A DNA stretch of 64,000 nt from Epiperipatus broadwayi (taxonomy: Eukaryota; Animalia; Onychophora), in the NCBI GenBank assembly GCA_028023455.1, contig JAQFVV010000005.1, positions 9,052,001 through 9,116,000 of the forward strand. Direction: 5' to 3'. Both the position numbers and the translations under genes were made by a program. Below, piece by piece: positions 1 through 10,900 of the stretch (position 1 is its first letter; the number at the start of each line of letters is the position of its first letter). A model generated the notes under the pieces. That model saw only the letters and a program-made list of their open reading frames with translations, searched no databases and was not told the origin of the DNA.

Positions 1-783
1 AAACCCTAACAAATTGGCTTACTATAGAAATTAGCTTATTGAAAAACAATTTTTTTTTTTTAAATACTAAACAATTATATAGCTGGAGATTTATCTTTAC
101 TAATAAAGCTAAAAATTACAATATATATATTCCTCCCAACCCTCCCAACCCACTACCCTCTTTTGTTTCACCAAAGTACATGTTATATATGACTTCTTTA
201 TTAATTATTATAATTTTACCTTTACTTTTATGCGACTATTAGAATATGTAGATCTGAATATACTTCAGTCCCATATACTATTTAAGTAGATGCTGGATTT
301 AAGACATTTTCATGCCAAAATTCAGATTTCTTCTTAAATATACTTTGAAATAGTCTGTTTTTGAGTTGATATTTTAGGTCTGTGTCGAATATTCTGCTCT
401 CCACTGCTGGCAAACCCGAAACCATGTCTGGAATAAGGTGTTCTGGATAGATTTTAAATATTTCTCATAACCCACTTGTTAATTCTCGCTTGTTAGAGCT
501 ATTGGTACGCTCTCTATGTGCATTTTTGTAATTACAAGCTCATAAAAGTAATGTCATGTTATATATGACTTGCTTTATTAATTATTATAATTTTACCTTT
601 AAGGCTTTGGCTATGCTGAGCCTATTAGAATATGGTAGATCTGAATATACTTCAGTCCCATATAGCTATTTAAGTTAGATAGCTGGATTTAAAGACATTT
701 TCATGTCGAAAAATTCAGAGTTTCTTCTTAAATATACGTTTGAAATAAGTGCTGGTTTTTTGAGTTGATATTTTAGGTCTAGT

Positions 784-859
784 GTCCGAATATTCTAGCT
801 CTCCACTGACGTGGGCCATAAGCCCGAAACCATGGTCTGGAGATAAGAGTGTTCTGGAT
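784..859 (+). ncRNA. Type I hammerhead ribozyme, family A (representative copy; variant with U at position 9)
   Basis: Stem I UCUCCA/UGGAGA, internal loop AGC/UA, distal stem UAUUCU/AGAGUG. Core CUGACGU (806-812). Stem II GGGC-CAUAA-GCCC, then GAAA. Palindromic stem III ACCAUGGU. Predicted cleavage after GUC at 837. Confidence 0.8.
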
Positions 860-1593
860 AGAGATTTTAAATATTTCTCATAACCGCACTTGTTAATTTA
901 CGAGCTTGTTAGAGCTATTGGTACGCTCTCTATGTGCATTTTTGTAATTACAAGCTCATAAAAGTAATGTCATGTTATATATGACTTGCTTTATTAATTA
1001 TTATAATTTTACCTTTAAGGCTTTGGCTATGCTGAGCCTATTAGAATATGGTAGATCTGAATATACTTCAGTCCCATATAGCTATTTAAGTTAGATAGCT
1101 GGATTTAAAGACATTTTCATGTCCGAAAAATTCAGAGTTTCTTCTTAAATATAGTTTGAAATAAGTGCTGGTTTTTTGAGTTGATATTTTAGGTCTAGTG
1201 TCCGAATATTCTAGCTCTCCACTGACGTGGGCCATAAGCCCGAAACCATGGTCTGGAGATAAGAGTGTTCTGGATAGAGATTTTAAATATTTCTCATAAC
1301 CGCACTTGTTAATTTACGAGCTTGTTAGAGCTATTGGTACGCTCTCTATGTGCATTTTTGTAATTACAAGCTCATAAAAGTAATGTCATGTTATATATGA
1401 CTTGCTTTATTAATTATTATAATTTTACCTTTAAGGCTTTGGCTATGCTGAGCCTATTAGAATATGGTAGATCTGAATATACTTCAGTCCCATATAGCTA
1501 TTTAAGTTAGATAGCTGGATTTAAAGACATTTTCATGTCCGAAAAATTCAGAGTTTCTTCTTAAATATACGTTTGAAATAAGTGCTGGTTTTT

Positions 1594-1625
1594 AGATCGG
1601 AAGAGCACACTAGTCTGAACTCCAG
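1594..1625 (+). other. Illumina TruSeq adapter sequence embedded in the assembly (artefact)
   Basis: AGATCGGAAGAGCACAC-TA-GTCTGAACTCCAG matches the TruSeq adapter AGATCGGAAGAGCACACGTCTGAACTCCAG except for a 2-nt insertion. It replaces the normal monomer sequence in only this copy. Confidence 0.95.
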
Positions 1626-4600
1626 CTCTCCACTGACGTGGGCCATAAGCCCGAAACCATGGTCTGGAGATAAGAGTGTTCTGGATAGAGATTTTAAATA
1701 TTTCTCATAACCGCACTTGTTAATTTACGAGCTTGTTAGAGCTATTGGTACGCTCTCTATGTGCATTTTTGTAATTACAAGCTCATAAAAGTAATGTCAT
1801 GTTATATATGACTTGCTTTATTAATTATTATAATTTTACCTTTAAGGCTTTGGCTATGCTGAGCCTATTAGAATATGGTAGATCTGAATATACTTCAGTC
1901 CCATATAGCTATTTAAGTTAGATAGCTGGATTTAAAGACATTTTCATGTCCGAAAAATTCAGAGTTTCTTCTTAAATATACGTTTGAAATAAGTGCTGGT
2001 TTTTTGAGTTGATATTTTAGGTCTAGTGTCCGAATATTCTAGCTCTCCACTGACGTGGGCCATAAGCCCGAAACCATGGTCTGGAGATAAGAGTGTTCTG
2101 GATAGAGATTTTAAATATTTCTCATAACCGCACTTGTTAATTTACGAGCTTGTTAGAGCTATTGGTACGCTCTCTATGTGCATTTTTGTAATTACAAGCT
2201 CATAAAAGTAATGTCATGTTATATATGACTTGCTTTATTAATTATTATAATTTTACCTTTAAGGCTTTGGCTATGCTGAGCCTATTAGAATATGGTAGAT
2301 CTGAATATACTTCAGTCCCATATAGCTATTTAAGTTAGATAGCTGGATTTAAAGACATTTTCATGTCCGAAAAATTCAGAGTTTCTTCTTAAATATACGT
2401 TTGAAATAAGTGCTGGTTTTTTGAGTTGATATTTTAGGTCTAGTGTCCGAATATTCTAGCTCTCCACTGACGTGGGCCATAAGCCCGAAACCATGGTCTG
2501 GAGATAAGAGTGTTCTGGATAGAGATTTTAAATATTTCTCATAACCGCACTTGTTAATTCTGAGCTTGTTAGAGCTATTGGTACGCTCTCTATGTGCATT
2601 TTTGTAATTACAAGCTCATAAAAGTAATGTCATGTTATATATGACTTGCTTTATTAATTATTATAATTTTACCTTTAAGGCTTTGGCTATGCTGAGCCTA
2701 TTAGAATATGGTAGATCTGAATATACTTCAGTCCCATATAGCTATTTAAGTTAGATAGCTGGATTTAAAGACATTTTCATGTCCGAAAAATTCAGAGTTT
2801 CTTCTTAAATATACGTTTGAAATAAGTGCTGGTTTTTTGAGTTGATATTTTAGGTCTAGTGTCCGAATATTCTAGCTCTCCACTGACGTGGGCCATAAGC
2901 CCGAAACCATGGTCTGGAGATAAGAGTGTTCTGGATAGAGATTTTAAATATTTCTCATAACCGCACTTGTTAATTTACGAGCTTGTTAGAGCTATTGGTA
3001 CGCTCTCTATGTGCATTTTTGTAATTACAAGCTCATAAAAGTAATGTCATGTTATATATGACTTGCTTTATTAATTATTATAATTTTACCTTTAAGGCTT
3101 TGGCTATGCTGAGCCTATTAGAATATGGTAGATCTGAATATACTTCAGTCCCATATAGCTATTTAAGTTAGATAGCTGGATTTAAAGACATTTTCATGTC
3201 CGAAAAATTCAGAGTTTCTTCTTAAATATACGTTTGAAATAAGTGCTGGTTTTTGAGTTGATATTTTAGGTCTAGTGTCCGAATATTCTAGCTCTCCACT
3301 GACGTGGGCCATAAGCCCGAAACCATGGTCTGGAGATAAGAGTGTTCTGGATAGAGATTTTAAATATTTCTCATAACCGCACTTGTTAATTTACGAGCTT
3401 GTTAGAGCTATTGGTACGCTCTCTATGTGCATTTTTGTAATTACAAGCTCATAAAAGTAATGTCATGTTATATATGACTTGCTTTATTAATTATTATAAT
3501 TTTACCTTTAAGGCTTTGGCTATGCTGAGCCTATTAGAATATGGTAGATCTGAATATACTTCAGTCCCATATAGCTATTTAAGTTAGATAGCTGGATTTA
3601 AAGACATTTTCATGTCCGAAAAATTCACGTTTGAAATAAGTGCTGGTTTTTTGAGTTGATATTTTAGGTCTAGTGTTCGAATATTCTAGCTCTCCACTGA
3701 CGTGGGCCATAAGCCCGAAACCATGGTCTGGAGATAAGAGTGTTCTGGATAGAGATTTTAAATATTTCTCATAACCGCACTTGTTAATTTACGAGCTTGT
3801 TAGAGCTATTGGTACGCTCTCTATGTGCATTTTTGTAATTACAAGCTCATAAAAGTAATGTCATGTTATATATGACTTGCTTTATTAATTATTATAATTT
3901 TACCTTTAAGGCTTTGGCTATGCTGAGCCTATTAGAATATGGTAGATCTGAATATACTTCAGTCCCATATAGCTATTTAAGTTAGATAGCTGGATTTAAA
4001 GACATTTTCATGTCCGAAAAATTCAGAGTTTCTTCTTAAATATACGTTTGAAATAAGTGCTGGTTTTTTGAGTTGATATTTTAGGTCTAGTGTCCGAATA
4101 TTCTAGCTCTCCACTGACGTGGGCCATAAGCCCGAAACCATGGTCTGGAGATAAGAGTGTTCTGGATAGAGATTTTAAATATTTCTCATAACCGCACTTG
4201 TTAATTTACGAGCTTGTTAGAGCTATTGATACGCTCTCTATGTGCATTTTTGTAATTACAAGCTCATAAAAGTAATGTCATGTTATATATGACTTGCTTT
4301 ATTAATTATTATAATTTTACCTTTAAGGCTTTGGCTATGCTGAGCCTATTAGAATATGGTAGATCTGAATATACTTCAGTCCCATATAGCTATTTAAGTT
4401 AGATAGCTGGATTTAAAGACATTTTCATGTCCGAAAAATTCAGAGTTTCTTCTTAAATATACGTTTGAAATAAGTGCTGGTTTTTTGAGTTGATATTTTA
4501 GGTCTAGTGTCCGAATATTCTAGCTCTCCACTGACGTGGGCCATAAGCCCGAAACCATGGTCTGGAGATAAGAGTGTTCTGGATAGAGATTTTAAATATT

Positions 4601-5633
4601 TCTCATAACCGCACTTGTTAATTTACGAGCTTGTTAGAGCTATTGGTACGCTCTCTATGTGAATATATATATTGTAATGACAGGAAAGCAAAGAAGCATT
4701 CAACATTGCCATATCATCACCATATTTGGGAATAACCAAAATTATGCAACATATGATTAAAAATTGATTACAATTCACCCCATCTTGCAACTATTTCTAA
4801 ATTATGAGCTCCATACAATTCAGAATAATTACACATACTATTTCTTCCTATCTTGTTACATTAATTTTATAGCCAGTATGCTGCAATTACAAATCATGAG
4901 ATAAATATTAAATGTTGTGAAGGTGATAAAGAATACATAATTAAATTATGTAGTAAACTCATCATAATATCTATCATTCAAAAATGTGTATTAAACTCAA
5001 AATAAAATAAATGTATAAATGAAATTGAGATTAAAGACTATCAGGGCAATTAATAACAATATAATTTTTTTATTGCACAATATACATGAACAAAATATAA
5101 TACAAATTAAATAAACAATGAAATAAGTAAATGAACAATAATAAAATATCTGATGTGTGCAACATTCTACACTCCCATTTTTACTTATTCTAAAATTGGC
5201 TACCCATAGCATGTTTTCTTATAATTATAATCATATATTTTTGCAGAAATAAATATATAAAATTATTTATATAAATTGGAAATAAATCTATGGTCCCAAT
5301 ACTAAAAGTTCATACATGCATGTAAATGTAATAAGTGTGCTTATACACAACCATAGAAGAAGTATAAACAATTAATGCCATTTCATATATGTAAAGTGAA
5401 TTGAAGACATTTGTGAAATAATAATATTTTTACCAGGCATACTGATTACTGTCTTTATTTATCATCTATAATTCATATCGATTTATTAATTGCTTTTTTT
5501 AATGATCTGAAATGTTATATAATTATATCAAACTAATGTTAATAATTATAAAACTTCTTAAAAATTACATGAGATGAATATATCTTTTAAATATTCTATA
5601 AAACATTTGCTTTGTCATGATATTTAATTATAC

Positions 5634-7902
5634 CATTAAGCATCACATGATCACTTTTCCTATACTAGCACATTAATTGTTGATAAACAGAGCAAAACTC
5701 TCCATACAGTATTGCCACCTGTGCTAAATAGAGTAATCAATGGATGCCAGAAGGCTTGTGCATAAAATCCCTATCTAATGCCTACTCATCCAATATCCCC
5801 AGACTAGTTTCTGGCTTGTGGCCTTCGTCAGTGAGGAGCTTTGGATCTGAGAGCACTGCATCTAGATCTTAGGATCTAATGCAACTCTCTAGCAACCACC
5901 TTTTATCTCTACTTAACTACAAAACTATGAGAATGAAATTGAAAACACAAAAAATATTTTCAATCTAAGCTCAATAGCTTATATAGTCATATGGGTCTGA
6001 ACTCAGTTCAGCACCCATACATTTTGGTGTCTTTGGCTTTTTTACAACCATAGCCACCACTATCCTATTAGGCAGGATTGGTGTTAAACCATTAAGCATC
6101 ACATGATCACATTTCCTATACTAGCACATTAATTGTTGATAAACAGAGCAAAACTCCCATACAGTATTGCCACCTGTGCTAAACAGAGTAATCAATGGAT
6201 GCCAGAAGGCTTGTGCATAAAATCCCTATCCAATGCCTACTCATCCAATATCCCCAGACTAGTTTCTGGCTTGTGGCCTTCGTCAGTGAGGAGCTTTGGA
6301 TCTGAGAGCACTGCATCTAGATCTTAGGATCTAATGCAACACTCTAGCAACCACCTTTTATCTCTACTTAACTACAAAATTATGAGAATGAAATTGAAAA
6401 CACAAAAAATATTTTCAATCTAAGCTCAATAGCTTATATAGTCATATGGGTCTGAACTCAGTTCAGCACCCATACATTTTGATTACTCTGTTTAGCACAG
6501 GTGGCAATACTGTATGGAGAGTTTTGCTCTGTTTATCAACAATTAATGTGCTAGTATAGGAAATGTGATCATGTGATGCTTAATGGTTTAACACCAATCC
6601 TGCCTAATAGGATAGTGGTGGCTATGGTTATAAAAAAGCCAAAGACACCAAAATGTATGGGTGCTGAACTGAGTTCAGACCCATATGACTATATAAGCTA
6701 TTGATCTTAGATTGAAAATATTTTTTGTGTTTTCAATTTCATTCTCATAGTTTTGTAGTTAAGTAGAGATAAAAGGTGGTTGCTAGAGGGTTGCATTAGA
6801 TCCTAAGATCTAGATGCAGTGCTCTCAGATCCAAAGCTCCTCACTGACGAAGGCCACAAGCCAGAAACTAGTCTGGGGATATTGGATGAGTAGGCATTGG
6901 ATAGGGATTTTATGCACAAGCCTTCTGGCATCCATTGATTACTCTGTTTAGCACAGGTGGCAATACTGTATGGAGAGTTTTGCTCTGTTTATCAACAATT
7001 AATGTGCTAGTATAGGAAATGTGATCATGTGATGCTTAATGGTTTAACACCAATCCTGCCTAATAGGATAGTGGTGGCTATGGTTGTAAAAAAGCCAAAG
7101 ACACCAAAATGTATGGGTGCTGAACTGAGTTCAGACCCATATGACTATATAAGCTATTGAGCTTAGATTGAAAATATTTTTTGTGTTTTCCAATTTCATT
7201 CTCATAGTTTTGTAGTTAAATAGAGATAAAAGGTGGTTGCTAGAGGGTTGCATTAGATCCTAAGATCTAGATGCAGTGCTCTCAGATCCAAAGCTCCTCA
7301 CTGACGAAGGCCACAAGCCAGAAACTAGTCTGGGGATATTGGATGAGTAGGCATTAGATAGGGATTTTATGCACAAGCCTTCTGGCATCCATTGATTACT
7401 CTGTTTTGCACAGGTGGCAATACTGTATGGAGAGTTTTGCTCTGTTTATCAACAATTAATGTGCTAGTATAGGAAATGTGATCATGTGAGGCTTAATGGT
7501 TTAACACCAATCCTGCCTAATAGGATAGTGGTGGCTATGGTTGTAAAAAAGCCAAAGACACCAAAATGTATGGGTGCTGAACTGAGATCAGACCCATATG
7601 ACTATATAAGCTATTGAGCTTAGATTGAAAATATTTTTTGTTTTCCAATTTCATTTTCATAGTTTTGTAGTTAAATAGAGATAAAAGGTGGTTGCTAGAG
7701 GGTTGCATTAGATCCTAAGATCTAGATGCAGTGCTCTCAGATCCAAAGCTACTCACTGACGAAGGCCACAAGCCAGAAACTAGTCTGGGGATATTGGATG
7801 AGTAGGCATTAGATAGGGATTTTATGCACAAGCCTTCTGGCATCCATTGATTACTCTGTTTAGCACAGGTGGCAATACTGTATGGAGAGTTTTGCTCTGT
7901 TT
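5634..7902. mobile_element. Family B hammerhead repeat: inverted multimer (~1.9 + ~3.1 monomers of ~456 bp) flanked by a 14-bp TSD
   Basis: 5634-6480 carries hammerheads on the minus strand and 6481-7902 on the plus strand. ATATTTAATTATAC occurs at 5620-5633 and 7903-7916. The ORFs at 6133 and 13994 are antisense readings of this repeat. Confidence 0.88.
6829..6887 (+). ncRNA. Type I hammerhead ribozyme, family B (representative copy; A.A pair at the base of stem II)
   Basis: Distal stem AUCCAA/UUGGAU, loop AGC/UA, stem I UCCUCA/UGGGGA. Core CUGACGA (6844-6850), then A-GGC-CACAA-GCC-A and GAAA. Palindromic ACUAGU. Predicted cleavage after GUC at 6873. Other copies: cores at ~7301 and ~7756 (+); 5788-5846 and 6243-6301 (-). 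Confidence 0.8.
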
Positions 7903-10900
7903 ATATTTAATTATACTTTCTTTAAAGCAAAAAACATTTTTATATTAATAAGAACACATATTTTTACTTTTCTGCTATATAAAATATTTTTTTTACATCA
8001 TTTCTATTTAACATAAAATAAATACTATTATATATTTTCCAGCAACATTATTATGCTTAATACATATCACAATCATCATATAAGTAAAATATTTGATTCT
8101 AAAACATATCATGTGCAGTAATACATTTGCGTAATATATACTTAAATTTTGAGACTCCATTCTTCCAATGCAAATAATACTCAAACTGCTTACCATGAAA
8201 AGCAAAATCTCTTTACAAATGTAATTAAAATAAAGAGAAAATATCTGCTCTGCTTCCCAAATTAAAGTCTATTTTATGTAGTTCAAAAATTGATATTTAT
8301 AAGTGTATATTTTATCTCCTATTTATCATGCTCGTTTAATTTGATAATAAATATCTAATAATAAAATTATGGATATTATATTTTTTTAAGAATTTGTTTT
8401 GAAATCTTTTAAATATTGAAATGCATGTGTATAGAAAATCAATAAAAACCTTTTCCTATCAATATTTTTTTTAAAAATATATTCTTTAAATTGAATTTTT
8501 TTAAAAAAAAGTTAATCATTATTAAATGAAATATATGAACCTTATTTCTAGAATGTTTTAACTTTTCCATCAATATATTTTGAAATAAAACAAAGAAATT
8601 AATAATAACATTACCATTTGAATTACTTTAGTTTGTTGTAAAGCGCAATATAAAAAATAAAATAGTTTAATCTGTTTTATCTTGTATGATGGATTTTTTT
8701 TTTCAATCCCAATTTATGATCCATTAGCATATTTCTAATGACATTATTTAATGATTCAAATATATTAATTATTTGGATTAGTATCGCTGAATATTTCATT
8801 CTTTGTTTTTATAGTAGAATCATATCATTAAATGAATTATAAAATGAGAGAGAGACATAAACTTAAGCAAATCCATTACTCCATTTCTTCAGTTCTGGAA
8901 ATTTGATCAATGAGAGAAATAAATCTCCTTTCTTATTATTCAACCCTTCCATTTTATTCTTATATTCCAAGATAATAAACAAACAAATCTTTATTTTTTT
9001 ATAAGTTTTTGGAAATTTTTCTGTTACTGACTAATTCAAAAGTCTAGATTATTCTGATAGTTTCCTTTTCACTTTCGTATCTATCACATTATCGAATTCA
9101 AGAAAATTTTTCACCTTACCTAAATGAAACTAATTATTGTAAATAAAAATAAATGATATATTAATACATTAACCAGGTTGTATGTTTTTTTTAATTGGTT
9201 GCTTTAACATATTTTTTTTTAAAGATTTAATTTGAATTAAACAATAAATATGAGAAATGTCATTTTTTAATGTTTTTTTTAAATTGGTTGCTTTAACATT
9301 TTTTTTTTTTTTTTTGCTTTGAAGAATTAATTACTTACTTCGAATAAAATGCTCATAATCAGATATAAGGAAGGAATTATTTTATTTGCATAACATGCTT
9401 TGTAAAAAAATTGTGACTAGTAATGGCAGAATTACGTACTTTTCATATGCTTCATAATGGACAAACGTAATAGTTTTTTTTAATTGGTTGTGAATTTGAT
9501 ACATGGCATTATTACAGAGAAACGTTTAGGGATTTTATATATCAGATATTTTTTCATTTGAAATAATAATTAATCAGAATGATTTACTTTTATTTATTTT
9601 TAGTTTTCTTGTATTACTAAATTTAATTACCATATTATTAATATATATTTTTAATAAAACTAATAAATATATTGGGATGTGTTCGTTTATATTTATTCTG
9701 CACACACATATTTATTACCACTTTACTCATCACAAGTTATCTATCCATAGTCAAGATTAGTGATACTTTTAAACAACTATTATTTACCTATTTACTAGAA
9801 TTATATGAAATAATCTCAAAGAAAATCCGACTAGATAATCTAACATTTATTTTGTTTTCTTTCATTTTTTAAATTTTTTATTCTTTTTCCTAATAAACTA
9901 TCACCTGAAACTAATTAGTCCAATATATACAGTCATTTAATGACATAATAATGTTAAAATGCAATGTTATTGATTTATAGATGTTTAAAAGTATTGCACT
10001 TATATTTAAATGTCTTTTTAACTTTTTAGGACAAATAATTTTTTATAACAAATTTTTTTAAACACAGTAAAAAAATACTTTTAAAGTTTTCAAAATAAAA
10101 TTAAACCATTGCTGCTCTAATGAATAGTTGAGTGTAATGTACTTTATTTGGCAGAAGTAAAATAGTCTAAATTATCTTCGCTCAGAATCCAGTCCAATTA
10201 ATTGATTTATTAAAGTCGGCCCTGATTCGTTATTATTTTTACAATGAACTAATAGAGGGCGCTTAAATTGTCATTTAATTTCCGTGGACGATAAGCTATT
10301 TTATATTTTGAGGTACAGTATATTATTTGATTTACAGCCTACATTTATATTAAAGTAATTAATGCATTTTGAAATGAACATTTGTTTGAAGACTGAATAT
10401 TTTATTAAAATTGTCTTTATAAGAAAGTTAAAGTGAAAATTCCCATTATTTTCAATATGTCGGTTCCATTAAATAACAATTGAGAAGAGAAAGAATTCCA
10501 AGTAAAAAAAAACTTTATGAGAAATGCATTGGAGTTGTAAATGTAATCTCGAACCTGATCGAAGTCAAGAGTGTAGTTAGCATAAGTTTAATCATATTGA
10601 CTGTCATATTATGTGTTTTTACAACTGAATGTGTTAATATTGTCTAGTCACTGTTTTAGAGCCCTACTATTTGAAAAACCAGAAGCTGACTGAAAACAAT
10701 AAGTGGAAGTCATTTATTTGTTTAAAAAATGGAGAAAATGGTCAATCTTTATATTGTTATTTGATCTTAATTTGTACTCATGTACATAGTTTCCTTAAAT
10801 GTGAAAACAGTATTACATTTATAAATGAACGTTTTGTAACCAATAGAAAATGTAGTATGCAATGCTCATTTAAATTAATGTTTTGTTATCTCACTTTATA

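Larger units (their letters stand above)
176..4661 (+). mobile_element. Tandem array (family A) of ~417-bp monomers, each with a type I hammerhead ribozyme; non-LTR retrozyme-like
   Basis: Ten near-identical monomers with hammerhead cores starting at ~806, 1222, 1633, 2050, 2467, 2883, 3299, 3697, 4114 and 4531 (spacing mostly 416-417). One deletion-riddled copy lies at ~176-540. No coding capacity. Confidence 0.85.

Noticed and set aside
1-10. AAACCCTAAC resembling a telomeric repeat
   Set aside because: It is a single unit with no array.
116-133. 18-bp inverted match to 4661-4678, flanking array A
   Set aside because: It is mostly a TA run, the similarity does not extend, and inverted TSDs are not expected.
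176-4661. CRISPR-like or centromeric satellite interpretation of the arrays
   Set aside because: There are no unique spacers or cas genes, and the context is eukaryotic. The conserved ribozyme fold and the TSD of array B favour retrozymes over simple satellite.
6133-6327. 64-aa ORF, and its 71-aa homologue at 13994-14209
   Set aside because: Antisense reading of the family B hammerhead repeat, with no protein motif.
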